From an uncultured Candidatus Saccharibacteria bacterium (GTDB lineage: Bacteria > Patescibacteriota > Minisyncoccia > Phycocordibacterales > Zambryskibacteraceae): a DNA stretch of 54,488 bases. Below the pieces are notes generated by a model that saw only the letters and a program-made list of their open reading frames with translations, ran no database searches and was not told where the DNA came from. The DNA is taken from the NCBI GenBank assembly GCA_964364225.1, contig CAYIKP010000002.1, positions 1-54,488 on the forward strand. The letters are read 5' to 3'. A program made the translations under genes and the position numbers. Below, piece by piece: positions 41,375 through 50,254 of the stretch (position 1 is its first letter; every line of letters starts with the position of its first letter).

Positions 41375-41560
41375 ATGGCTAAAAAGTCTGTAATCGCTAG
41401 ATCACAAAAAACACCTAAGTTCTCTACTAGGGCTGTTAATCGCTGTTTTAGGTGCGGAAGAAAGAGGGGGTTTATGCGAGATTTCGGACTTTGCAGAATA
41501 TGCTTTAGAGAATTAGCAAATGAAGGTAAAATCCCAGGAGTTAAAAAATCATCATGGTAA
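41375..41560 (+). CDS. rpsN: 30S ribosomal protein S14 (61-aa zinc type)
   Basis: [46 protein letters not shown] with a CxxC...CxxC pattern. AAGGAG lies 14 nt upstream. Confidence 0.94.
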   Translation: MAKKSVIARSQKTPKFSTRAVNRCFRCGRKRGFMRDFGLCRICFRELANEGKIPGVKKSSW

Positions 41561-41946
41561 GCGACAGAATTGGAGATATGTTAAATAGGTTGAAGAATGC
41601 AGGCGCTGTAGGCCATAAGTCTGTTTCCGTGCCTTATTCTCGTCTAAATCTAGAAATCCTAAAGCTGTTGGCTGAATATGGTTTTATAGTTTCTTTTGAA
41701 AAGAATGCCGAGAAGGTAACAAATTTTATTGATGTTGTTCTTGCCTATAAAAACGACAAACCTCGTATAAGAGGAATTGAGCGTGTTTCAAAACAATCAA
41801 GAAGGGTTTACAAGGCGGTTAAGGATATAAGACGCGTAAAGGAGGGTTATGGAATGGAAGTTATTTCTACACCAAAAGGTTTGAAGACTGATAGCGAAGC
41901 AAAAAAAGAAAAGGTCGGAGGGGAGGCTCTATTTAGAATTTGGTAG
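41554..41946 (+). CDS. rpsH: 30S ribosomal protein S8
   Basis: [13 protein letters not shown] and GGEALFRIW at the C-terminus. Confidence 0.95.
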   Translation: MVSDRIGDMLNRLKNAGAVGHKSVSVPYSRLNLEILKLLAEYGFIVSFEKNAEKVTNFIDVVLAYKNDKPRIRGIERVSKQSRRVYKAVKDIRRVKEGYGMEVISTPKGLKTDSEAKKEKVGGEALFRIW

Positions 41947-41975
41947 TTCAATCTGTTTGATATAAATAATAAAAA

Positions 41976-42509
41976 ATGTCTAGAATTGCAAAAAAAGGAA
42001 TAAAAATACCACAGGGCACAAGTGTTTCTGTGTCAGGGAATGCAGTTTTAGTTAAGGGTCCACAAGGCGAATTGTCTAGAAATTTTTCTCCAACAATAAG
42101 CCTCACCATTATTGATGATATGGTTATGTTTGAAAACAAATCTGGCTCATTGGAATCTAAGGCAGCTCTCGGCACCATTGCAGCTCACCTAAAAAATATG
42201 GTTAGTGGTGTTAATAATAAGTTTTCAAAAAAGCTTATCCTTGAAGGAATAGGTTATAAAATGGAATCCCAAGGAGATAAAATAAAATTTGCTCTAGGTT
42301 TTTCTCACCCAGTAATTGTTGAAATACCAAAAGGAATTACTGTTGAAATAGAAAAAGCCAACCTAATTGTTTCTGGAATTAACAAAGATGATGTGGGTGA
42401 ATTTGCCGCTCGCATTCGTGATTTTAAAAAACCAGAGCCATATAAGGGAAAAGGTTTTAGATATGCAGATGAAATTATAAAACGTAAGCAGGGCAAGAAA
42501 TCGGTATAA
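41976..42509 (+). CDS. rplF: 50S ribosomal protein L6
   Basis: MSRIAKKGIKIP, PEPYKGKGFRY motifs. Confidence 0.95.
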   Translation: MSRIAKKGIKIPQGTSVSVSGNAVLVKGPQGELSRNFSPTISLTIIDDMVMFENKSGSLESKAALGTIAAHLKNMVSGVNNKFSKKLILEGIGYKMESQGDKIKFALGFSHPVIVEIPKGITVEIEKANLIVSGINKDDVGEFAARIRDFKKPEPYKGKGFRYADEIIKRKQGKKSV

Positions 42510-42511
42510 AC

Positions 42512-42865
42512 ATGAAATCAATTCCCGCAAAAAAAACAGCCAAGAGACAAAGAAGACACGCTCGTATCAGAGCTAAGGTTATTGGTGATTCTCTCAGGCC
42601 TCGTCTAGCTATTTACAAATCAAACAAATTTATTTGGGCGCAGATTATTGATGATACTAAAGGTGTTACAATTGCTTCCTCAACAACAAAAAATGTGAAA
42701 GGGAAGACAGAGACAGAGCGTGCTCATATAGCGGGTGGGGCAATAGCAAAACTTGCTGTTGCAAAAGGAATAAAGTCCATCGTTTTTGATAGAGGGGGCT
42801 TTATATACACTGGTCGAGTTCGTGCTTTTGCAGATGGAGCAAGAGAGGGTGGATTAACTTTTTAA
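42512..42865 (+). CDS. rplR: 50S ribosomal protein L18
   Basis: RRHARIRAKV, LAIYKSNKFIWAQIIDD, FDRGGFIYTGRVRAFADGAREGGL motifs. Confidence 0.95.
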   Translation: MKSIPAKKTAKRQRRHARIRAKVIGDSLRPRLAIYKSNKFIWAQIIDDTKGVTIASSTTKNVKGKTETERAHIAGGAIAKLAVAKGIKSIVFDRGGFIYTGRVRAFADGAREGGLTF

Positions 42866-42870
42866 TACAC

Positions 42871-43617
42871 TTGCCCCGTACGAAACAGCGGGAAACACAA
42901 AAAATTAAAATGACAAAGGATGAAATAAAAAATACAGAAAACGAAATTCAGGAAGGAGTTATTGCGCCGACTGTTTCGTTTGGGGTGGACGAAAATACAA
43001 TAAAAACAACAGATATAGTAGCTGATGTAGTTCCGACCCATTCTGAGGCCGTGCCCGCTGAAGCTCCAAAAGCAGTTGCTCCAAAAGATACAAAAGACCA
43101 AAAAAATTACGAAAAAAATCCTCGTCGCAGTCGTCGTGGGGGGCCTCGTCGTGAGGAAAAAGTTAAAAGTGAATTTGATCATAGGCTAGTTGGCATAAGA
43201 AGAGTTTCAAGAACAGTTGCCGGAGGCCGTCGTTTTTCTTTTTCGGCACTTGTTGTGGTAGGGAATAGAAAAGGCAAAGTTGGGGTGGGGCAAGGTAAAT
43301 CAGGAGATACTCCTATTGCCATAGAAAAAGCTGTAAGAGATGCAAAGAAGCGTTTAATAACTGTTGAACTTACAAAAGAAGGACGCATTCCTCACGAAGT
43401 ACAAGCAAAGTATTCAAGCGCAATTGTGAAAATAATGCCAGCAAAAGGTAGAGGTATTTTGGCTGGTTCTGCAACGCGTTATGTATTGGAACTTGCTGGA
43501 GTTAAAGAAGTGAATGCAAAAATTCTTTCTGGTTCAAAAAATGCTTTAAATATTTCAAAAGCAACAATAAAAGCACTACAAATGCTGACCGGTGCGGAAA
43601 AAGTAAATAAAAAATAA
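42871..43617 (+). CDS. rpsE: 30S ribosomal protein S5 with long N-terminal extension (start uncertain: 42871 TTG, 42910 ATG or 42985 GTG)
   Basis: The conserved core starts at FDHRLVGIRRVSRTVAGGRRFSFSALVVVGN. The preceding 90 codons are K/E/A/P-rich and partly encoded by repeat copy C. Confidence 0.9.
   Translation: MPRTKQRETQKIKMTKDEIKNTENEIQEGVIAPTVSFGVDENTIKTTDIVADVVPTHSEAVPAEAPKAVAPKDTKDQKNYEKNPRRSRRGGPRREEKVKSEFDHRLVGIRRVSRTVAGGRRFSFSALVVVGNRKGKVGVGQGKSGDTPIAIEKAVRDAKKRLITVELTKEGRIPHEVQAKYSSAIVKIMPAKGRGILAGSATRYVLELAGVKEVNAKILSGSKNALNISKATIKALQMLTGAEKVNKK
42874..42985. repeat. CCCGTACGAA...TTCGTTTGGGG inverted-termini element, copy C (fills the rplR|rpsE junction)
   Basis: 5' arm ccccgtacgaaacagcgg and 3' arm ccgactgtttcgtttgggg (15 bp pairable, with one T:T and one G:T). 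The interior shares ggaaacacaaa with copy B. Confidence 0.75.
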
Positions 43618-43621
43618 ACCC

Positions 43622-44056
43622 ATGCAAATGCACACACTAAAAAGAAAGAGTGCCCTAAAAACATCTGCAAGAGTAGGTCGTGGAGGAAAGCGTGGCAAAA
43701 CTGCTGGAAGGGGAACAAAAGGCCAGAATGCTCGTTCTGGAAGAAAGAAGCACCCTGAAGAGAGAGATATGATTAAGAAAATTCCTAAGATGCGTGGTCG
43801 TGGAAAAAATTCTAATACCACGATTCAAACAAAAGCGTTTGCAATACCTGTAATGGCACTAGAGACTCTTTCAAAGGGTGAAGTGAATGTACGTACTCTT
43901 ATCGCAAATAAAATAATTCAACTTCCTAAAAGACAAAGGCCAGTTGTTAAAATTTTGGGTACAGGAAAATTGTCAAAGGCCTTCACTTTGAAAGGCATTG
44001 AAGTTTCAGCAACTGCAAAGAAGGCTATAGAGGATGCGGGCGGTGCGGTAAAATAA
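43622..44056 (+). CDS. rplO: 50S ribosomal protein L15
   Basis: RVGRGGKRGKTAGRGTKGQNARSG motif. Follows rpsE directly, with no L30 gene between them. Confidence 0.94.
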   Translation: MQMHTLKRKSALKTSARVGRGGKRGKTAGRGTKGQNARSGRKKHPEERDMIKKIPKMRGRGKNSNTTIQTKAFAIPVMALETLSKGEVNVRTLIANKIIQLPKRQRPVVKILGTGKLSKAFTLKGIEVSATAKKAIEDAGGAVK

Positions 44057-44060
44057 ACCA

Positions 44061-45332
44061 ATGACAAATTTTGTTCAAAAAGTAAGACTTTTACTTGAAG
44101 ACCGAGTAATGAAAAAGCGTATTCTCTTTGCTTTTTTTATACTTCTTTTATTTAGAATTCTTGCCGTTATTCCAATCCCCGGCATTGATCCACAAAGGAT
44201 AGCTGAATTTTTTGCACAAAACCAATTTCTAGGTTTGATTAATGTCTTTACAGGAGGAGGACTCTCTTCTCTTTCAATTGTAATGCTTGGTATCGGTCCA
44301 TATATTACAGGGTCAATTATTATGCAACTCTTGACCATTATTTTCCCTAAATTGAAAGCAATGTATCAGGAAGATGGAGATATTGGCAGAAAAAAGTTTG
44401 CTCAATATTCAAGAATGCTAACAGTGCCTTTAGCAATACTCCAGTCTTTTGCATTTTTGACGCTTCTTTCAAGACAGGGTGTTTTAGGTACTTTGAGCAC
44501 AACCCAACTCGCTATAAACATTGTAGTGGTTACTGGAGGCTCTGTGCTCTTGATGTGGTTAGGTGAGCTAATTTCTGAATATGGAGTAGGAAATGGAGTT
44601 TCGCTCATTATCTTTGCCGGTATTATTGCAGCGCTACCTCAAAATATTGCCCAACTACTTGTTTCTTTCCAACCATCTTATATTCCTGTTTACCTAGCAT
44701 TTTTAGTTGCATCAATTCTTATTATTTTGGGCGTTGTAATTGTGACAGAGGCGGAAAGACCAATACCGGTTACTTACGCAAAAAGAATTCGTGGGAACAA
44801 AGTTTTTGGTGGTCTTTCAACATACCTTCCAATCCGTATAAACCAAGCGGGAGTTATTCCTATTATCTTTGCACTTTCAATCCTTTTGTTCCCACAAATG
44901 ATTTTTAACTTCTTCAAGACATCTTCAAACTCTCTTATTCAAGGAATAGCAGAAACCGGCACCACTATATTGGCCAATCAGTGGGTTTACGGAATTTCTT
45001 ATTTCGTTTTGATTTTCCTTTTCACATATTTCTATACAGCAGTTACATTTGATCCTGATCAAATGTCTAACAATCTTCAGAAAAATGGGGCGTTTATTCC
45101 AGGTGTTCGCCCAGGGCCTTCCACATCTGAATATTTAGGAAAGATAATCACACGCCTTACTCTGGTAGGAGCGGTGTTTCTGGGCCTCATTGCAGTCCTT
45201 CCACTCGTTATGCAGGCACTCACTGGCATTCAAGCACTTGCAATTGGCGGTACCGCGCTTCTCATTGTTGTTTCTGTTGTGCTAGACCTAGTAAAGAAAT
45301 TAGACGCACAGGTTACTGCTCGAGAATATTAA
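44061..45332 (+). CDS. secY: preprotein translocase subunit SecY
   Basis: 423 aa, 10 TM pattern, GIGPYITGSIIMQLL and GVGNGVSLIIFAGI motifs. Confidence 0.95.
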   Translation: MTNFVQKVRLLLEDRVMKKRILFAFFILLLFRILAVIPIPGIDPQRIAEFFAQNQFLGLINVFTGGGLSSLSIVMLGIGPYITGSIIMQLLTIIFPKLKAMYQEDGDIGRKKFAQYSRMLTVPLAILQSFAFLTLLSRQGVLGTLSTTQLAINIVVVTGGSVLLMWLGELISEYGVGNGVSLIIFAGIIAALPQNIAQLLVSFQPSYIPVYLAFLVASILIILGVVIVTEAERPIPVTYAKRIRGNKVFGGLSTYLPIRINQAGVIPIIFALSILLFPQMIFNFFKTSSNSLIQGIAETGTTILANQWVYGISYFVLIFLFTYFYTAVTFDPDQMSNNLQKNGAFIPGVRPGPSTSEYLGKIITRLTLVGAVFLGLIAVLPLVMQALTGIQALAIGGTALLIVVSVVLDLVKKLDAQVTAREY

Positions 45333-45409
45333 ATCACGCTCGGGGTAATATTTCTGAAATCAACCTCCACTCGGCTGAAAATTACTAAATAGATAAGCTT
45401 CATAGACGA

Positions 45410-45450
45410 AAAACGCCAAAACTCACTTCGTTCGAACAGTTGGCGTTTTT
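45410..45450. terminator. bidirectional terminator between secY and 45512..45940
   Basis: aaaacgccaa-(20-nt loop)-ttggcgtttt with A-run and T-run on opposite sides. Confidence 0.55.
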
Positions 45451-45511
45451 CTATTTCACTAAGTCTATTTTGGAATAGCCTCGTGAGCTTTCATAAATAT
45501 TACCCCTCGCT

Positions 45512-45940
45512 TTAAAGTCTGTCGCCCTTCATTTTTAGTTTGTATGGAATTGAAATAAACAAAATAGACCATAAAGCCATACATGGTATGAGAAAGAAGA
45601 AAAACAAGTTTTCAGTAGCCAGGGAAAGTTCTATAGCTTTCCAAATAAAGATAACATATAAACTTGTTGATATATAAAATAGATATTCTTCTATGGGCAA
45701 ATCAAACACTTTTATTCCAAGCGTATCTTTAATATTGAATTGCCAAAGCCACACAGTATCCTTTTTACCGTGGCGAGTTGCCCAAATGTCCCAAATTGCA
45801 CCGAGTATTGTTATTAGGACTACAAATATTAGAAAGTGTTGCCAAACAATACTTTGCCAAACAAATAGTCCGGCAACAATCATAGGAATCACAAATACAA
45901 AAATCAGGGACAAAAGATAATAAAATTTACTAGGAATCAT
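45512..45940 (-). CDS. lycopene-cyclase-domain-like polytopic membrane protein
   Basis: 142 aa with five hydrophobic helices, IWDIWATRHG and the PIEEYLFY motif characteristic of the CrtYc/d-type domain. Assigned from memory of the motif only. Confidence 0.45.
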   Translation of the reverse strand: MIPSKFYYLLSLIFVFVIPMIVAGLFVWQSIVWQHFLIFVVLITILGAIWDIWATRHGKKDTVWLWQFNIKDTLGIKVFDLPIEEYLFYISTSLYVIFIWKAIELSLATENLFFFFLIPCMALWSILFISIPYKLKMKGDRL

Positions 45941-45979
45941 TATTCCAATTATATAAAAAGAGAGTGTACAATACTATTA

Positions 45980-46693
45980 ATGGATAAAGATGTGTTCATT
46001 TTTATTGGGCGTTCCGGATGTGGAAAGGGGACCCAAAAAGACCTTTTAATAAAAAAATTACAAGATATTGGAATGCCCTTTCTCTCTATTTACACAGGAG
46101 ACTCTTTAAGAAGTTTCATCTCTTCTCATAGCTTCGTTGCACAAAAAGTTAAGTCTGCTGTTGCAACTGGGGACTTGGCCCCATCTTTCGTTGCTAGTAC
46201 TATGTGGTCACAGATTTTGATGGACCAATATCAAGAAAATCAAAGCCTTATTTTTGACGGCTCCCCAAGAACTTTAGATGAAGCACAAGAATTAGAGAAT
46301 GCTATAAAATTTTTAGGTTTTATAAGCCCAGTCGTAATAAATTTAAATGTTTCTAACTCTTGGTCAAGAGATCGCTTATTAGCTAGAAAAAGAGAAGATG
46401 ATAGTGTTGAAGCCGTAAACAAACGCTTGGCTTGGTATGAAGCTTCTGTTTCTCAAGTTGTAAGTTATTATCGAAGCAATAGTTTCTATTGTTTTAAAGA
46501 AATAAATGGTGAGCAAACAATTCCAAAAGTGGCCGAAGATATTTTGAGCGCTCTTCCTTACTTAAAGCAGGCTCCTGTTGCAAATAGAATGAAGTCCCTT
46601 CAATATGTGAACACAAAGGATTCGTTAGAAACATCAATACAACAAAATGGCAAACTTGAGACTCAAAACTTTATCCGAAGTCAAAACCCTTAG
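45980..46693 (+). CDS. adk: adenylate kinase (non-conserved C-terminal tail overlapping map)
   Basis: P-loop FIGRSGCGKGTQ, LIFDGSPRT and the LID-less short-form pattern. Confidence 0.85.
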   Translation: MDKDVFIFIGRSGCGKGTQKDLLIKKLQDIGMPFLSIYTGDSLRSFISSHSFVAQKVKSAVATGDLAPSFVASTMWSQILMDQYQENQSLIFDGSPRTLDEAQELENAIKFLGFISPVVINLNVSNSWSRDRLLARKREDDSVEAVNKRLAWYEASVSQVVSYYRSNSFYCFKEINGEQTIPKVAEDILSALPYLKQAPVANRMKSLQYVNTKDSLETSIQQNGKLETQNFIRSQNP

Positions 46694-47423
46694 AGAGGGG
46701 GGCAAAAGACACGCTCAAATTCTAAAAGAGCTTGCCGACATGGTTAAACCAGGGGTTTCTACTAATGAGCTAAATGAATACGCTTTGAAGCGTATAAAGG
46801 AATATGGAGATGTGCCAGCTTTCTTAAATTACAAGCCAGAAGGGGCAAAAAGCCCATATCCAGCCGCGCTTTGTGTGTCTGTGAATGATGAAATAGTGCA
46901 TGGAATACCCAACGGTAAACTGAAAATTCTTAATGAGGGAGATATTGTTTCTCTAGACCTTGGCGTACGTCACGAAGGCTTAATTACTGACGCTGCGATA
47001 ACTGTCGGTGTCGGAAAAATATCCCACGACGATGAAATGCTCATATCTGCAACAGAAAGAGCTTTGTATGCTGGAATTGATAAGGCGGTTTTGGGTGGAA
47101 GAATTGGTGACATTGGATTCGCAATTGAAAATATTGCAAAGCGCGCACGATTTAATAATTGTGAAGGATTGGCGGGGCACGGTGTAGGGTATGCGGTGCA
47201 TGAAGATCCCTACGTTCCAAATACAGGAAATAAAGGGGACGGGGAACTTTTGAAAGAAGGTTTGGTAATTGCGATTGAGCCAATGCTAACATCTGGTTTA
47301 GGAGAAATAACTTTAGCTCGTGATGGTTTTACTTACAAAACGTTTGATGGAAAAAAATCGGCACACTTTGAGCACACTATTGCCATAACAAAAGAAGGAC
47401 CGATAATTTTAACAGCACTGTAG
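46647..47423 (+). CDS. map: type I methionine aminopeptidase
   Basis: VHGIPN, DLGV..EGLITDAA, GHGVG, IEPM, EHT metal-ligand motifs. Confidence 0.93.
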   Translation: MANLRLKTLSEVKTLREGGKRHAQILKELADMVKPGVSTNELNEYALKRIKEYGDVPAFLNYKPEGAKSPYPAALCVSVNDEIVHGIPNGKLKILNEGDIVSLDLGVRHEGLITDAAITVGVGKISHDDEMLISATERALYAGIDKAVLGGRIGDIGFAIENIAKRARFNNCEGLAGHGVGYAVHEDPYVPNTGNKGDGELLKEGLVIAIEPMLTSGLGEITLARDGFTYKTFDGKKSAHFEHTIAITKEGPIILTAL

Positions 47424-47436
47424 TGCTGTTAAAATT

Positions 47437-47525
47437 GGAATAAAGAATAATGAATTTAGAATTATGAAAAATCAAAACTCCTGCTATAATCATTATTCAT
47501 AATTCCTTATTCTAAATTCTATTCA
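47437..47525. repeat. GAATNNN heptad palindrome, copy 3
   Basis: GAATAAA GAATAAT GAATTTA GAATTAT GAAAAAT - 19-nt spacer - ATTATTC ATAATTC CTTATTC TAAATTC TATTC. Ends 5 nt before the ndk ATG. Confidence 0.8.
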
Positions 47526-47529
47526 AAAC

Positions 47530-48135
47530 ATGCATCCAAAAAAAGAAAGAACATTTGTAATAATAAAACCGGATGGCGTTCAAAGAACACTCATCGGTGA
47601 AATTATAAAGCGTTTTGAAAGAACTGGGCTTAAACTTATTGCTATGAAGCTCGTTGTTCCTACTGAAGAGCAATGTGCTACTCATTACTATAAAGATGAT
47701 GAGTGGTTTTTGAAAAAGGGAACAAATATTTTAGAAAATAAAAAGAAACTAGGTTTACCGATTGAAAAAGAAGCCATTGAATATGGAAGAGATATTATTC
47801 GTGCCATCACTAAATTTATGACAGTGGGTCCTGTAGTACTTATGGTTTGGGAGGGAAATCAGGCAGTTGGTGTTATAAAGAAGTTAGTTGGGGGAACAGA
47901 ACCAACAACATCTGATGTTGGAACAATTCGTGGAGATTTTACTATAGATTCTTATTATCTTTGTGATGTTGATGGATCTCGTGGAATGAGAAATCTAATT
48001 CATTGTACAGATGGAGATCAAAAAGAGGCAGAAAGAGAAATAAATATATGGTTTAAGCCTGAAGAGATAATAAATTACCGTTTAGTACAAGATGAAATAT
48101 TGTACGACGTAAATCTAGACGGCATCTTAGAATAA
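47530..48135 (+). CDS. ndk: nucleoside-diphosphate kinase (long form with internal insertion)
   Basis: ERTFVIIKPDGVQR, GPVVLMVWEG, TIRGDF and NLIHCTDG (active-site His). 201 aa, longer than typical NDKs. Confidence 0.88.
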   Translation: MHPKKERTFVIIKPDGVQRTLIGEIIKRFERTGLKLIAMKLVVPTEEQCATHYYKDDEWFLKKGTNILENKKKLGLPIEKEAIEYGRDIIRAITKFMTVGPVVLMVWEGNQAVGVIKKLVGGTEPTTSDVGTIRGDFTIDSYYLCDVDGSRGMRNLIHCTDGDQKEAEREINIWFKPEEIINYRLVQDEILYDVNLDGILE

Positions 48136-48289
48136 AACCCTCGCTTTAAATAAAAACTACAGAAAAATTGTAAGTTAGAAAATGCCTAATATACGCTGTG
48201 TTTTTAACTTTTTTCTTGCGTGAAGCTCGTTTTTCGTTTCACTATTGGCTATCCACCCTTTTCTTAGTTTTTAGTAGTTCTATAATTCT

Positions 48290-48480
48290 TATTAGGGTCG
48301 CTCTGGCAAAATTTCCGGATACCAAATTCTTAGGGATTCCAATATTGCTGAGACCTGTTGAATCCGAAAGGAATCACTTAGTCTCATAGCTGAGGAAACC
48401 CACTTGCTAACAAGCAAAAGGGAATTATTGCCGCGGCCCTACGTAAGGGTCCCGCGTTAGCGGGACTTTTACGTAGGGTA
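48290..48480 (+). other. unassigned structured region (candidate ncRNA or leader) ending in a 17-bp composite hairpin
   Basis: Stems tgagac/gtctca and ttgct/agcaa, plus ccctacgtaa-gg-gtcccgc-gtta-gcgggac-tt-ttacgtaggg (48437-48478). GC is above background. The only overlapping ORF (48198..48389) looks spurious. Confidence 0.35.
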
Positions 48481-48508
48481 AATACACTTACTTTGGTATT
48501 ATTGTTTT

Positions 48509-49897
48509 GTGAAGGAAAAAAATACAAACTCAAATTTTAAACTCATTGCTTGGGGAGGAGCTTCTACCGTTACTGGTGCTAATTTTGAATTAAGAACACC
48601 CCATTCACGTATTTTGGTTGATTGCGGACTAATTCAAGGAACGCCAGATATGGAAATTCTAAACAGGGATAATTTTGCGTATGATCCAAAAGCCTTTCAA
48701 GCCCTATTGGTGACACATTCCCACATGGATCACATTGGAAGAATTCCCAAACTTGTCAAAGAGGGTTTCAATGTGCCTATTTATTCCACGCCAGAAACAA
48801 AGGCGATTGTTGAAATAGTTTTACATGATGCATGTAATTTAGAATTTGAAAGAGCTAAAGAAGAAAATCGTGAACCAATGTATGCAAAAGAACATTTAAA
48901 TAAAGCAATATCTTTATGGCAAACTTTTTCATATCACCAAGAAACTATTATTACAGATGATATTTCCGTTTTTGCTTATGATGCGGGACACATACTAGGT
49001 TCTGCTACTCTGTGGATTTCACTCAAAGACGGTGCACAGCATAAATCAATTTTAATGTCTGGGGATTTGGGTAACTCACCATCACTATTACTAAAAGATA
49101 CAGAAATTCCACCAGGGCCAGATTTTGTTTTGATAGAAAGTGTTTATGGTGATCGTAATCACGAAGGAGCAGAAGAAAGAGAGGAAAATTTTAGAGGTGC
49201 TATCAGAGAGAGAATAGAGGCAGGCGGAACTGTACTTATACCAGCATTTTCTTTGGAGAGAACACAGGTCATATTGGCACTTTTAAATAATATGTTTGAT
49301 CAAGGCCTTTTGCCAAAGGTCCCAATCTTTTTAGACTCTCCTTTGGCCATACAAATCACCGCTGTTTACGAAAGAATGTCAGCGCTGTTTAACGATGAGG
49401 CGAGGGATGCCATGAAAGAGAAAGATGGTTTGTTTAGGTTTAAAACCCTGGAGCAGACGGCTAGAAGAGAAGATTCCAGAGCCATAGCCGGTGTTTATGG
49501 ACCGAAGATTATTATTGCTGGCTCAGGTATGTCTTCTGGAGGAAGGGTTGTATCGCATGAAAAAAGATACCTTCCAGAAGAAAACACATCATTACTTTTG
49601 ATGGGTTATCAAGCACCCGGAACGTTGGGTAGACTCTTAGAGGAGGGTGCAAAAATAGTAAGAATTGATAAAGAAGATGTACAGGTAAGAGCTAAGGTTA
49701 TTTCAATACATGGTTTTTCAGGACATAAAGACTCTGACCACTTGGTAGACTTTGTAAATCAGCTTACTCCCGCCCCTAAGAAAGTTTTTGTAGCAATGGG
49801 GGAAGCAAGGGCGTCAAACTTTTTAGCTCAAAGAATTCACGATAATCTAAATCTAGAAACTCAAGTAGTAAATCTCAAACAGGGATATATTTTATAG
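48509..49897 (+). CDS. metallo-beta-lactamase / beta-CASP RNA-processing nuclease (RNase J/CPSF-like)
   Basis: HSHMDHIG motif, beta-CASP region (LIESVYGDR..H) and C-terminal HGFSGHKD. GTG start. Confidence 0.85.
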   Translation: MKEKNTNSNFKLIAWGGASTVTGANFELRTPHSRILVDCGLIQGTPDMEILNRDNFAYDPKAFQALLVTHSHMDHIGRIPKLVKEGFNVPIYSTPETKAIVEIVLHDACNLEFERAKEENREPMYAKEHLNKAISLWQTFSYHQETIITDDISVFAYDAGHILGSATLWISLKDGAQHKSILMSGDLGNSPSLLLKDTEIPPGPDFVLIESVYGDRNHEGAEEREENFRGAIRERIEAGGTVLIPAFSLERTQVILALLNNMFDQGLLPKVPIFLDSPLAIQITAVYERMSALFNDEARDAMKEKDGLFRFKTLEQTARREDSRAIAGVYGPKIIIAGSGMSSGGRVVSHEKRYLPEENTSLLLMGYQAPGTLGRLLEEGAKIVRIDKEDVQVRAKVISIHGFSGHKDSDHLVDFVNQLTPAPKKVFVAMGEARASNFLAQRIHDNLNLETQVVNLKQGYIL

Positions 49898-49931
49898 TTT
49901 TTCGTAATTGTGTTTTTCGGCGAACGCGCAT

Positions 49932-49954
49932 AAAACCCCCAGCGGGGGCTTTTG
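49932..49954 (+). terminator. weak intrinsic terminator
   Basis: aaaaccccc-agc-gggggctttt. Only a 5-bp GC stem. Confidence 0.45.
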
Positions 49955-50254
49955 CTATGCTCATCTCGTCAGAGTAAAGAGTCCTTCGACAAGCTCAGGA
50001 CAGATTGACTCACCATGCTGACTCGATTCCGCAATGCTCGGCGAAAGACACAATTACTTCACTTTTCTCCTATAAACCTAGAAATTATATTTTCAACACT
50101 CGTGAAGAAATTTGAAAATTAAGGAGCGGAATAGGAAAATTTGACTGTTTGAGGAGGTGGGCTTGTCGACGAGTTTCAAATTTTCCGTCAAATATAGCGA
50201 CTATAATTTTAAAATTGAGGAACGGCAGTTGGGTTGAAAATATAATTTCTAGGT

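Noticed and set aside
48198-48389. 63-aa ORF in the ndk-RNase spacer.
   Set aside because: It is a hydrophobic low-complexity product with no RBS. It overlaps stems of a structured region and looks like a chance ORF.
48378-48400. RNase P RNA P4-like string gaggaaaccc.
   Set aside because: Only about 110 nt remain before the next CDS, and none of the other universal RNase P motifs (for example ACAGAA..GGCUUA) are present.
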